Shown here: in pieces, positions 38,247 to 48,051 of the stretch
Position numbering within the stretch: the stretch's first letter is position 1
Layout of the letters: each line of letters opens with the position of its first letter
From: Candidatus Bathyarchaeota archaeon
Lineage (GTDB): Archaea > Thermoproteota > Bathyarchaeia > Hecatellales > Hecatellaceae
Reading direction: 5' to 3'
NCBI GenBank assembly: GCA_052246995.1
Contig: JBQPWD010000007.1
Location: forward strand, 37,111-101,110
Length of the DNA stretch: 64,000 nucleotides
Position numbers and translations under genes: made by a program
The notes under the pieces: model-generated
Seen by the model: only the letters and a program-made list of their open reading frames with translations
The model's database searches: none
What the model was told of the DNA's origin: nothing

Positions 38247-38530
38247 AAATCATCAAAATAAGTTAACAAAAAGTAGGATATTTAACTTTAACTGGCTATT
38301 ATTATTTTTCATAAAATGGTTTTTAAAAGCAAGATTATTATTCTTTTTACAAATCTGTAGATAGCTTATACGAATTTTTTGACATCAACCTTATTTAAAA
38401 GCTTTTAGCAGTTAAGTAAAAAACTGCAAAATAAGCTATCAAGTTGTTAAAGTAGCGGTAGCAGCTTTAATAGAGTTAGTTTTGAAGTGTAAAAACGTTA
38501 AAAAAAGCCTAGTATGAAAAGGGTTTAAAA

Positions 38531-39049
38531 CTAGTTTTCCAGTTTAAACCTCCATTTACACCATAAATTGTTTTGGTGAGGTTTTGGCGGAGCTGTTAAA
38601 CATTCGACTCTTATTTTTGGGTTTACTGTTTCAGCAAATTTTGTGAAAAATTTTAAACCTAAATCTTTACATGGAAATTCTTCTAAACCATTTTTAACCC
38701 TAAATTTTTGAGGTTTACAGTCAACAATACTTAAAACAGCTTCATCCTCACCTAAAACTTTAACTTCAGCCTTTTGAATAGCGGACCATGGCAAAAATTT
38801 TAAAGCCTCAACCAGCTCAGAGATTTTTTCACCTTTAAGCTCTAGAAACTTTAAAATTCTTTTAGCCAGTATTGAAGCCATAAGCTCAGAAACTTTAAAA
38901 TTAACCTTCCAAGCGGCATCTAAACCGTATTCATCCTCGATAACTTTAAACCATAAACCATCCACAGTCCACCAGTTTTTGTTAAAAAGAGTGAAAATAT
39001 CTATAATCCTGTTTTTAGACAGTTTTTTAAGCTCGTCTGATAAAGACAT
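38531..39049 (-). CDS. DUF6125-like protein (V4R/ligand-binding-like fold)
   Basis: WWTVDGLWF..IE..YG, C..Q..R...GL..FPC and NP.I.VECL..PP.......WC.W.F pattern. Confidence 0.7.
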   Translation of the reverse strand: MSLSDELKKLSKNRIIDIFTLFNKNWWTVDGLWFKVIEDEYGLDAAWKVNFKVSELMASILAKRILKFLELKGEKISELVEALKFLPWSAIQKAEVKVLGEDEAVLSIVDCKPQKFRVKNGLEEFPCKDLGLKFFTKFAETVNPKIRVECLTAPPKPHQNNLWCKWRFKLEN

Positions 39050-39054
39050 TTATC

Positions 39055-40512
39055 TTAACCTTTAACACATCCAAGTGGAACCAACCTTGCTACTTTTGTC
39101 GCTACTCCAATTTGGTGAGATACCTCTGCAACCCTATCCACGTCCTTATATGCCTCAGGAGCCTCTTCAGCTACAACGGTCATGCTTGCTGCACGTACAA
39201 GTATTCCCCTTCTCTCTAAAGCTTTCTTAACCTCAGATCCTCCAAACTTTTTTGTTGCGGCTGCACGGCTGAGATATCTTCCAGCCCCATGAGCCGTTGA
39301 ACCGAAGCTAACATCCATAGATTTATGTTGTCCAAGCAAAACCCAAGAAGCAGTACCCATTGTTCCAGCAATTAAAACTGGTTGGCCAATCTCCCTGTAC
39401 TTTTTAGGCAGGTCTTTATGTCCAGCGGGGAAAGCTCTTGTAGCACCCTTTCTATGAACCCAAACCTTCCTAATTTTGCCAGAATCATCAACCTTATGCT
39501 CCTCAATTTTGCAAATATTGTGAGCTACATCATAAACAAGTTCTAAGCCAAGCTTATCAGCTGAAGTTCTAAAAACTTTTTCAAATGCCTGCCTAACCCA
39601 ATGTGTGATACATTGCCTATTGGTAAAAGCATAGTTTACAGCGCAAGCCATAGCTTTAAAGTAATCTTCAGCCTCACCTGAATTTCCAGGAGTACATGCA
39701 AGCTCCCTGTCAGGGATTTTTATACCATACTTTCTTACAGCTTTTTCCATTATCCGCAAATAATCTGAACATACTTGATGACCAAAACCCCTAGACCCTG
39801 TATGGATCATAACCGTCACTTGACCTTCCTCATCAATCCCAAAAAGTTTTGCAGCCTTAGAGTCGTAAATCTTGTCAACTTTCTGAATTTCTAGGAAGTG
39901 GTTTCCGCTTCCAAGAGAGCCAAACTGTGGTGCACCACGACTTTTAGCGGCCATTGAAACTTTTGATGGGTCTGCCGTATCCATACAGCCATTTTCTTCG
40001 CAAACTTCAGCATCCTCAACCCATCCATAACCATTTCTAATAGCCCACTCTACACCTTCACTAACAGGTTTATCAAGTTCATTAGGTGAAAGCCTAATTT
40101 TACCTTTACTTCCAAGACCTGAAGGAACGTATACAAATATGGCATCTAAAAGTTCAGCAAGTTTTGGTTGAACATCCTTTTCCTTAAGATTTGTTCTAAG
40201 CAGTCTTACACCACAATTGATGTCGTAACCTACGCCTCCAGGACTTATAACTCCCCCATTATAGTCTGTTGCTGCAACTCCACCTATAGGGAAGCCGTAG
40301 CCTTCATGTCCATCAGGCATGGTTATAGAATACTTGTATATCCCTGGGAGAGTTGCAACATTGGCACACTGTTCAAGAGTTTTATCTTCCCTCATTTTTT
40401 CAAGTAAAACTTCATCAGCATAAACTATTCCAGGTACACGCATATCTCCCCTAAATTTTGGTATCTGCCAAACATATTTGTCAATTTTCTGAATAGGAAT
40501 GTTTACAGGCAA
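39055..40512 (-). CDS. rtcB: tRNA-splicing ligase RtcB
   Basis: MPDGHEGYGFPIGG, GVGYDINCG, GSGNHFLE, HTGSRG, HRKGAT, HGAGR and AYKD motifs; no intein. Confidence 0.98.
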   Translation of the reverse strand: MPVNIPIQKIDKYVWQIPKFRGDMRVPGIVYADEVLLEKMREDKTLEQCANVATLPGIYKYSITMPDGHEGYGFPIGGVAATDYNGGVISPGGVGYDINCGVRLLRTNLKEKDVQPKLAELLDAIFVYVPSGLGSKGKIRLSPNELDKPVSEGVEWAIRNGYGWVEDAEVCEENGCMDTADPSKVSMAAKSRGAPQFGSLGSGNHFLEIQKVDKIYDSKAAKLFGIDEEGQVTVMIHTGSRGFGHQVCSDYLRIMEKAVRKYGIKIPDRELACTPGNSGEAEDYFKAMACAVNYAFTNRQCITHWVRQAFEKVFRTSADKLGLELVYDVAHNICKIEEHKVDDSGKIRKVWVHRKGATRAFPAGHKDLPKKYREIGQPVLIAGTMGTASWVLLGQHKSMDVSFGSTAHGAGRYLSRAAATKKFGGSEVKKALERRGILVRAASMTVVAEEAPEAYKDVDRVAEVSHQIGVATKVARLVPLGCVKG

Positions 40513-40607
40513 TGTTTAACCTCCTAAACTGACTAGAATCTTTAACAGGTTAAGAATTTAGCTATCTATTATTAATTCTAGTTTAAATTATAAGCATTTA
40601 CTTGCTT

Positions 40608-41177
40608 CTACTCTTCTGAAGCCCCCTCTTGAAGTTTAATTTTTTCATACATTTTTTCAAGAGTCCATCTTATGGCATTTTTTAAAGTTGTAACTCTATG
40701 TTGTTCCCTATAGTTCTTTATCACAATTTCCTTTAAAACATTCTTATCTTCAATAACCCTGTAAGACAGTATTTCATCAGGAGTTATCGTTCCAGCCATA
40801 GCTTCACTTCTATCCCTAGATATCATGCCATTTAAAACTTTACCCACAAAAAACTGTTGAAAAGGTGGAATGTTTACATTAAACTTAACAGTTTCTGATG
40901 GAATAATCCTAAGTTCATTATCTTCAATGTACATTGTTGCAAGGAGAAATCCGTCGCCAGATTTTAACTGTATAACTTGTTTAGGGGAAGGTTGAGGTTC
41001 AGGTTTTGCTTGAGGTAAAAGTGTTTCAGCAACCTTAAAACTTTTTTCACTTAAACGTTCATTTACAATCGAAAGTAAATATTTTAAATATCCAATTTCA
41101 ACCTCATACTTACTAATCCTTTTTTCCAGTTTTTCTTTAATCTTAAGAAGCTTATCCACTTCCTCCCTACTACTCAA
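40608..41177 (-). CDS. Conserved hypothetical protein with N-terminal coiled coil
   Basis: 189-aa ORF with host-like codon usage; PPFQQFF and AIRWTLEKMYE motifs; no function recognised. Confidence 0.7.
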   Translation of the reverse strand: MSSREEVDKLLKIKEKLEKRISKYEVEIGYLKYLLSIVNERLSEKSFKVAETLLPQAKPEPQPSPKQVIQLKSGDGFLLATMYIEDNELRIIPSETVKFNVNIPPFQQFFVGKVLNGMISRDRSEAMAGTITPDEILSYRVIEDKNVLKEIVIKNYREQHRVTTLKNAIRWTLEKMYEKIKLQEGASEE

Positions 41178-41296
41178 ACTTCTTACCTTTTAAACTCTTC
41201 ACACCTAGTCTACTATTGGAATAACTTAAAATTAAACTTTTTAGGCTTCCTTTACAACTTCTATGTAAAATATCGTGTAATGGAGCGGACTAAACT

Positions 41297-42568
41297 ATGA
41301 AAACATCAATTATTCAAAGATTTTACAACCTAAGCTTAGATGAAAGACTTAAAATTGTTGCTGATTTTGCAGGCTTAACCGAGGAAGAAACACTTGCTCT
41401 TAAAAGTTCAGGCTCACTACCATTAGATATAGCGGATAGAATGATTGAGAACGTTGTTGGAGTTATGCATATTCCATTAGGGGTAGCTGTAAACTTTATT
41501 ATCAACGGTAAACCATACATGATACCTATGGCTATAGAAGAACCATCAGTTGTTGCAGCAGCTAGTCATGCTGCAAAGCTTGCTGCAGTTAAAGGCGGAT
41601 TTTATACTTCAAGCACTGAGCCTATAATGATTGGACAAATCCAAGTTACGGGTGTTAAAGATCCATACAGAGCCAAGATGGATGTTCTTCTTGAGAAAAG
41701 TAAAATCCTAGAAAAGGCTAATGAAAAAGATCCAGTACTTGTTGAGCTTGGCGGCGGAGCAAAAGACCTTAACGTTAAAGTTTTGGATACCTTTAGAGGT
41801 CAGATGCTTATTGTTGAGCTTCATGTTGACTGTAAGGATGCTATGGGTGCAAATACTGTAAACACAATGGCTGAGGCTGTAGCACCATTAATTGAAAGAA
41901 TCACTGGTGGAAAGGTCCTTCTAAGAATAGTTTCAAACCTTGCAACTTTAAGAATTTCCAGGGCGAAAACAGTTATAAGTAAAGATGTTATTGGCGGAGA
42001 GGAAATTGTTGACGCCATTGTTGATGCCTATGCTTTTGCAGCTTCAGACCCTTACAGGTGTGCAACCCATAACAAGGGTATAATGAATGGGGTTGTTGCT
42101 GTAGCTTTAGCAACAGGAAATGATACTAGAGCCTTAGAGGCTGGAGCTCATGCTTACGCCGCCAGAACAGGCAGGTATTTACCGCTAACAACATGGGAAA
42201 AAAATGTTGATGGAGACCTTGCTGGAACAATTGAAATTCCAACTGCTGTGGGAATTGTAGGGGGAGCTACAAGAGTTAACCCTATAGCAAAAATATGCTT
42301 AAAAATTCTTGGGGTTAAATCTGCAAGAGAGTTTGGTGAAGTTTTAGCTGCTGTAGGCTTGGCTCAAAATTTTGCAGCTTTAAGAGCCTTAGCAACAGAA
42401 GGTATTCAACGGGGTCACATGAGACTTCACGCAAGAAATATAGCTATAGCAGCTGGAGCTGAAGGTGAAGTAATTGAAAAAGTTGTGGAAATCATGGTTA
42501 ATGAAAGACAAATAAGGATAGATAGGGCCAAGCAAATTTTGGAAAAACTTAAACAACAAAAAACCTAA
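41297..42568 (+). CDS. mvaA: Hydroxymethylglutaryl-CoA reductase, class II
   Basis: [38 protein letters not shown] and [10 protein letters not shown] motifs. Confidence 0.96.
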   Translation: MKTSIIQRFYNLSLDERLKIVADFAGLTEEETLALKSSGSLPLDIADRMIENVVGVMHIPLGVAVNFIINGKPYMIPMAIEEPSVVAAASHAAKLAAVKGGFYTSSTEPIMIGQIQVTGVKDPYRAKMDVLLEKSKILEKANEKDPVLVELGGGAKDLNVKVLDTFRGQMLIVELHVDCKDAMGANTVNTMAEAVAPLIERITGGKVLLRIVSNLATLRISRAKTVISKDVIGGEEIVDAIVDAYAFAASDPYRCATHNKGIMNGVVAVALATGNDTRALEAGAHAYAARTGRYLPLTTWEKNVDGDLAGTIEIPTAVGIVGGATRVNPIAKICLKILGVKSAREFGEVLAAVGLAQNFAALRALATEGIQRGHMRLHARNIAIAAGAEGEVIEKVVEIMVNERQIRIDRAKQILEKLKQQKT

Positions 42569-42574
42569 ATAGGT

Positions 42575-42910
42575 TTAACCAAAAAGTGCGCTAAGCCCAG
42601 CTAAAGCTTCTTCTTCCTCCTTTTTCTCCTCTTTCTTTTCTTCCTTCTTAGGTTTAGCTTTCTCTGCAGGGGCAGCTGGAGCTGTTGCCTGTGGTGGTGC
42701 TGCTGCTACGGGGGCTGCGAAACCTATGGTTTGTGCTGATTTAATAGCTTCATCAACATTTATCTCCGAGAGAGCTGAAGATAGGGCTCTAACCCTAGCC
42801 TCATCAACTTGAACTCCCGCTGCTTCTAAAACCTTTTTAATATTTTCTTCATTTATAGCTTGACCTGCATAATATAAAACTAATGCTGCATGAATGTAGG
42901 CTGAAGACAT
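42575..42910 (-). CDS. rpl12: 50S ribosomal stalk protein P1/L12
   Basis: [20 protein letters not shown], Ala/Pro hinge and [13 protein letters not shown]. Start ATG 42910 after a GGAGG RBS. Confidence 0.95.
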   Translation of the reverse strand: MSSAYIHAALVLYYAGQAINEENIKKVLEAAGVQVDEARVRALSSALSEINVDEAIKSAQTIGFAAPVAAAPPQATAPAAPAEKAKPKKEEKKEEKKEEEEALAGLSALFG

Positions 42911-42991
42911 AAGCTTAACCTCCCCTAAAAAATCATAAAGAACCAAGATATAACCCTTATGGTTTTAACATTTAAAAAACAAAGCACTTTT

Positions 42992-43849
42992 TTAATCATC
43001 CATGTACTTCCCTGTTTCAGCTAAGCAATCTAAAATTCTTGGACAAGCATAACTTGAAACGTAAGCTGGAGCATTACAAACAAGGCCAACAATAACTTTA
43101 CCGTTACAATTTTCATCTGCAAACCTTTTAATTATTCTAGCCATTTTATGATAGCATTTTTCTGTTAACTTTCCAGTTCCATAGCTATCCTTATGAGTAT
43201 CCATCCCACATTTCCAAAAAACAACTTCAGGTTTAAACTTAGAGATTAAAGGTGGGAGTTCTGTGGAAAGTTTTTTAAGAAAATCTTCATCATCAACAGC
43301 CTGAGAAAAACAGATTTTAGTTTCATTATCAGCTCTACTATAACTACAATAGCATATATGCAAAGTTTTATCATCGTTAAGCAGCAACTCTCTTGTACCA
43401 TCAGCATGATGAGAGTCGGTATCAACAATAACAACTTTTCCAAGCTTAAACTTTTCTCTAGCAAATTTTAAAGCTACCACAGTTGGATTAAAAAAACATC
43501 CACCCCAAGCATAATCTGCGTGAGCATGATGCCCTCCCACACCACCAAAAACAATGGCATTATCAATCTCGCCAATCAAAATTTTTTCTAAAGCTTCAAC
43601 AACAGCGCCCACGGTATAAAGCGAAACGCCATAGTATGATGTATTTTTAACTTCCTTAACCCATCTTTCAGTATGAACCTTTAGAATAAGCTCCTCAGAT
43701 GTAGGTTTAGGTTTATACAAAATTATGTTAGGAAGCTTAAGAAAGCTTTCATTTTTAATGGCTTCAAAAGCCGGGGCAACAGTAACGTATAAAGCCTTGT
43801 AGCCCTCCTTATCGAAAATTTCATGATAGAAGATACCGGTTTTCTTCAT
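42992..43849 (-). CDS. Histone deacetylase-family (Zn-dependent amidohydrolase) protein, divergent
   Basis: LKVHT, GGHHA, GGCFFN, DTDSHHADGT and GMDTHKD motifs. Start ATG 43849. Confidence 0.85.
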   Translation of the reverse strand: MKKTGIFYHEIFDKEGYKALYVTVAPAFEAIKNESFLKLPNIILYKPKPTSEELILKVHTERWVKEVKNTSYYGVSLYTVGAVVEALEKILIGEIDNAIVFGGVGGHHAHADYAWGGCFFNPTVVALKFAREKFKLGKVVIVDTDSHHADGTRELLLNDDKTLHICYCSYSRADNETKICFSQAVDDEDFLKKLSTELPPLISKFKPEVVFWKCGMDTHKDSYGTGKLTEKCYHKMARIIKRFADENCNGKVIVGLVCNAPAYVSSYACPRILDCLAETGKYMDD

Positions 43850-43865
43850 AAAAACACCGTAAAAT

Positions 43866-44519
43866 CTACAAAAGGTCGAAGTAGGCTTGTCTAATAAATT
43901 CAAAGTTTTGCTTAACATTTACTTCTCCAACAACAATATCCATATGACCTGGTAGAAGGTATTGTATGTCAAGTCTAGCAATTTTTTCTATTGAATTTTT
44001 AAGTTGAGTTGAATCTCCACCTGGAAAATCGGTTCTACCAACACCACCGTTAAAGATAAGGTCGCCACATATCAAAACCTTAAAATCTTCATTGTAGAGA
44101 CAAACACTTCCAGGAGAATGTCCAGGAGTATGAATAATCTTAAATCTTAGTTTTCCTGTTAAAAACTCATCTTCAATATAGAAGTCAACTTTAAAATCCA
44201 TATCATCTAAACCTGCAAGTAGATATCTGGCCATTTTTTTACTTAAATTTAAATGTTCAATCTCAAGCCTATGCATAGCTATCTTTGCAGCTGAAGATTC
44301 TTTTAAAACTTTATTTATACCGCAATGGTCTGGGTGGCTATGGGTATTTATTATAAGGTTTATATCCTTAACGTTAAAGCCATCCTTACCTAAACCTTTA
44401 ACAAGCTTACCAAAATTTGTTCCAGGGTCAACAACAACTGTTAACTCATCTTTAATAAGATAGGTGTTACAGTCAAATCCAACCTCAGGATACATGTAAA
44501 TGTTTCCAACAACCCTCAA
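43866..44519 (-). CDS. Metallo-beta-lactamase fold hydrolase (glyoxalase II-like)
   Basis: THSHPDH, HTPGHSPGS, GDLIF..GVGRTD and PGH motifs. Confidence 0.93.
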   Translation of the reverse strand: MRVVGNIYMYPEVGFDCNTYLIKDELTVVVDPGTNFGKLVKGLGKDGFNVKDINLIINTHSHPDHCGINKVLKESSAAKIAMHRLEIEHLNLSKKMARYLLAGLDDMDFKVDFYIEDEFLTGKLRFKIIHTPGHSPGSVCLYNEDFKVLICGDLIFNGGVGRTDFPGGDSTQLKNSIEKIARLDIQYLLPGHMDIVVGEVNVKQNFEFIRQAYFDLL

Positions 44520-44756
44520 ACCTAAAACCTCTACCTACTATAAATTTTAGCTTAAACAAAATTTTAACCTTTTACTGACTGTCAGAAATTCTAAAGGTTC
44601 TTTTGCTACAATTGTTTCAACTTCTTTAACAAGGGTTGATAGAACTTTTTGGAAACTTCCTGTAGTGGACTTACAAGAAAACTTCAACAAAAACCTTGCC
44701 AGCCATGTAGAGTCTTCTCGTGTTTTAACAATCTCAACAATTATTGACATTTCTTT

Positions 44757-45713
44757 TTATCTAGTTAAATATCGCCACGAAAGTACTGTGCCAACCGTGG
44801 CCAGCACTGCTGCAAACATGCCGAGGTATGTGAAGTCAAGTATTAGCGCAGAAACGTCTAAGGGTAATATCGTTAGCTGCCTAACAGCATCTGTTAGGTA
44901 GGTCAATGGGTTAACTTTTGCCACTGCTTGCAACCAGTCTGGCATGAGAGGAAGGGGAAAGAAGATGTTGCTTGCAAATATTAGTGGCATTGCAATTAAG
45001 TTTACTACCTGCATTGGTCTCTCCATTCGAGTAGACCTTAATGAAAATGCGATAAACACTGATGAAAGCCCCACACCAAGTAAGAATATTGCAGCATAAA
45101 CTCCTAAAAGATTAAGTAATGTGAAGGTTGAACTTAACTGTAATCCTAATAGATATGCAAGCGTAAGAATTACAGTTGCTTGAAATATTGCCCTTAAGGT
45201 TGCGTTAAGAACTTTTGCAAATATTATTGCTGCACGCGGTACTGGAGTGCTTACCACCTTATCTAAGAAACCCAAACGTCTATCCCAAACTATAGAGATA
45301 CCGCTAAACGTTGTTGTAAACACAACAATCATGGAAACCATGCCAACAGCCATGTAGCTAAAGTAGTCCGTAACACCGAAGGTGTTTTGCATAACCTTTA
45401 CACCCACGTTAGAAAGCATCTGTTGAAGTTGCTGCGCAATCAACACTCCAGGGATAACAACAACTCCACTAACTGGCGGATTCAATAGGCTTCCAGGTAT
45501 TTGAATATCAGGTATTTCCATGCCAGATAAGCTGTTAACCGAGAATAAGGCGTTTATGTTTAATGATTTGCCTAAAAGACCCATCCATATTAAAGGTTGA
45601 AGTATAAACATAAAAACCATTACCGGGTCTTTTAACCATTTCTTGAGTTCTCTAACAGTTAAAGCCCATAAGCCGCGAAGCATGCTTGGATGATAGTCGT
45701 TTTCCCTGTTCAA
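44757..45713 (-). CDS. ABC-2 type exporter permease (DrrB-like)
   Basis: RELKKW, QPLIW, WDRRLGFL...STPV, P.W...AKVNPLTY and TM helices. Confidence 0.9.
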   Translation of the reverse strand: MNRENDYHPSMLRGLWALTVRELKKWLKDPVMVFMFILQPLIWMGLLGKSLNINALFSVNSLSGMEIPDIQIPGSLLNPPVSGVVVIPGVLIAQQLQQMLSNVGVKVMQNTFGVTDYFSYMAVGMVSMIVVFTTTFSGISIVWDRRLGFLDKVVSTPVPRAAIIFAKVLNATLRAIFQATVILTLAYLLGLQLSSTFTLLNLLGVYAAIFLLGVGLSSVFIAFSLRSTRMERPMQVVNLIAMPLIFASNIFFPLPLMPDWLQAVAKVNPLTYLTDAVRQLTILPLDVSALILDFTYLGMFAAVLATVGTVLSWRYLTR

Positions 45714-46723
45714 CTTGCCCTAGCCCTCCTTAAGGTTATTCTTTGCGTCATAAAAGCCCCACTAGATTCCTCAGTATTGCGGATAGCCCTACCAGTGTAT
45801 TCAAGGTAAACCTCGTTTAGGGTTGGTTCTGTAAGCGAAAGCCTCGTCACAGTGTAGCCTTTTTTTCGAAGGGTTTCAATTATAAGGGGGGTTGCCACTT
45901 CCCCAAACTTAGCTTTAATCCGATACGAGCCATTTTCGTTTCTTACCTCTTTGACATATTCAACACTGCGGATAAGCTCACTTACATCTACGTTTTCTTT
46001 AATGCTTATGGTTATTATGTCGCCACCTAAGCTGTCTTTTAGTTCGCTTGGCGTTCCCATCGCAACTATTTTTCCATGGTCGATTATGGCTATGCGGTTG
46101 CAAAGGTTGTCTGCCTCCTCCAAATAGTGGGTAGTCATGAAAATGGTCATACCATACTCTTCCTTAAGCCTACGAATATAGTTCCACGTGAGAGCCCTAG
46201 TTTGGACATCTAAGCCTAAAGTGGGCTCGTCCAAGAAAAACACTTTAGGCCTGTTAATCAAACCGCATGCAAGTTCAAGTCTTCGACGCATTCCGCCAGA
46301 GTATGTTTCAACTCTTTTATCTTTAAATTGGGTTAATTCAACAAGTTCTAGGAGTTCAAGAGCACGTTTCTTTGCGATTTCTCGGGGAACTCCGTACAAG
46401 TCTGCACATAACATTATATTCTCGTATCCTGTTAGGTCTTCATCAGCAGTATACTCCTGTGGCACTACGCCTATAACTTTTCTAACATTGTTTGCCTGTT
46501 TCACGATATCATAGCCTAAAACAGATGCCCTGCCCTCGGTTGGCTTCAGGACGGTTGTCAACATGTTAATTGTTGTTGTCTTACCAGCACCGTTTGGACC
46601 TAAAAAGCCAAAAATTTCTCCACTTTTAACACTGAAGTTTACGTGATCCACAGCGACCAAGCTTTTGTTAAAAACTTTTGTTAATCCTTCAACCTTAATA
46701 ACGTCTTCACTCATATTTTTCAC
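45710..46723 (-). CDS. ABC exporter ATP-binding protein (DrrA-like)
   Basis: GPNGAGKTT, YSGGMRRRLE, LDEPTLGLD, TTHYLEEAD and PTLNEVYL..TG motifs. Confidence 0.95.
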   Translation of the reverse strand: MKNMSEDVIKVEGLTKVFNKSLVAVDHVNFSVKSGEIFGFLGPNGAGKTTTINMLTTVLKPTEGRASVLGYDIVKQANNVRKVIGVVPQEYTADEDLTGYENIMLCADLYGVPREIAKKRALELLELVELTQFKDKRVETYSGGMRRRLELACGLINRPKVFFLDEPTLGLDVQTRALTWNYIRRLKEEYGMTIFMTTHYLEEADNLCNRIAIIDHGKIVAMGTPSELKDSLGGDIITISIKENVDVSELIRSVEYVKEVRNENGSYRIKAKFGEVATPLIIETLRKKGYTVTRLSLTEPTLNEVYLEYTGRAIRNTEESSGAFMTQRITLRRARAS

Positions 46724-47264
46724 TCCGTAATTTTTTATCTATTTCCTCAAATTTCTGAGCAGTTTCATTTAAAACCTTCAATATTTCCTTTAAGGCTTGC
46801 TCTGAAAACTTAACCTCCAAACTCATACCTAAACTGAAGAAGGCTTTTATAAGACGGTTTACCGCCGTCCGCAGTTCTTTCGCCTCTTCAGAGGGAATAC
46901 GCAACCATAAAGCGCCAAAAAGCGGAGGGATAAAAATTTTCCATCCCATCAGCTTCCGCTGTTCTTCTAAAAGCTGTTTACCCTTATCCGTAAGCATATA
47001 CCGCTTTATTCCACTTTCTTGTATGGGAACTTCTTGTATGTAACCATTGTCCTGAAGCCAAGCTAAAAGAGGATAAACTGAACCGGGACTTGGTCTCCAG
47101 CTTCCGCTTGTTTTCTTTTCAATCTCATTCATTATTTCCGAGCCTGACAATGGCTGCTCATTTAAAAGTTCAAGAACCTGATAACGTAAGAAACCTTTCG
47201 GCACTGCAGCCATGTGCCTCATCCAACGTCTGAAATGGTAAGCGGGTAGAGGATAGTCCAACAT
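46707..47264 (-). CDS. PadR family transcriptional regulator
   Basis: PKGFLRYQVL, GSEIM, WRPSPGSVYPLL and YMLTDKG motifs. Start set to ATG 47264 because the upstream extension is the palindrome. Confidence 0.92.
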   Translation of the reverse strand: MLDYPLPAYHFRRWMRHMAAVPKGFLRYQVLELLNEQPLSGSEIMNEIEKKTSGSWRPSPGSVYPLLAWLQDNGYIQEVPIQESGIKRYMLTDKGKQLLEEQRKLMGWKIFIPPLFGALWLRIPSEEAKELRTAVNRLIKAFFSLGMSLEVKFSEQALKEILKVLNETAQKFEEIDKKLRSEKYE

Positions 47265-47265
47265 G

Positions 47266-47307
47266 TATATCACTGTTGATATCAACTTTGATATCAACAG
47301 TGATATA
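47266..47307. promoter_or_regulatory. Perfect inverted repeat (20-bp arms, 2-bp spacer); putative PadR operator overlapping the TATA box
   Basis: TATATCACTGTTGATATCAA-CT-TTGATATCAACAGTGATATA directly upstream of the padR ATG; minus-strand TTATATA at 47310-47304. Confidence 0.8.
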
Positions 47308-47392
47308 TAAGCATTTTGATGTTTTGGCGTACATGCTGAAGAAATGCTAAAATCTTTGTTTATTAGTAATGTGTAGGAAGAATGTAGGTTTT

Positions 47393-48049
47393 CTAGGTTT
47401 TAATGTTTTTCACATGCCTATATAAACCTTCCCAGAAAAGGTATTCATAGCGTTGAATTGTTAAAGCAACATTTCTAAATCTTTCCTCAGCAATGTAGGG
47501 CTTTATTATCTTTAAGGCTTCTTCTTCAAACATTTCATACGGTCCTGCGAAACTGTCAAGAAACGATGTTTCTCTAACATTGTAGTTTGTTTTTAACGCC
47601 TTTGACAATTTTAAACAGTTTTCACCCCATACTGGAAGGTTTACTATCAATGCAAATGCCTGCTCACCAGGGTTAGAGTAATGTGCAAGCCATGTTAGGT
47701 AGTGCGTATAGGCAACCGCTTCAGGTATTGGTTTAGCAGATTCAAGCTCCACAACTTTAAGACCAACATTTTCAGACATTTTTAGTAAATTATGGATAGC
47801 TTGATAATCTCCATGGTAAAGTTTTGTGAAAAAGTTTAGCTCATCAAGAGTTTTTGTTTTAGAAACCATGTAAGCTATGCTTCTAACATCATGGTAAACA
47901 ATGTAATATTGTTGTTTAACAAATTCCTGAATAGCTTGTAAAGGAAGGACACCCATAACCACTTCATTGATAAATGGGTGGTTAAGGATTTCACGGTTTA
48001 ACGCTTCAAGCTCTACACGTATACGTTTAAGTAGGCTACGGGCCTCCAA
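47393..48049 (-). CDS. tenA: TenA family thiamine salvage protein
   Basis: ILNHPFI, FVKQQYY, AYTHYL, NLPVWG and YEYLFWE motifs; co-oriented with cytX. Confidence 0.88.
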   Translation of the reverse strand: MEARSLLKRIRVELEALNREILNHPFINEVVMGVLPLQAIQEFVKQQYYIVYHDVRSIAYMVSKTKTLDELNFFTKLYHGDYQAIHNLLKMSENVGLKVVELESAKPIPEAVAYTHYLTWLAHYSNPGEQAFALIVNLPVWGENCLKLSKALKTNYNVRETSFLDSFAGPYEMFEEEALKIIKPYIAEERFRNVALTIQRYEYLFWEGLYRHVKNIKT

Positions 48050-48051
48050 CC

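Noticed and set aside
44547-44901. Short ORFs 44547-44750 (-) and 44665-44901 (+)
   Set aside because: No recognisable motifs; likely a decayed fragment and an antisense shadow at the edge of the ABC cassette.
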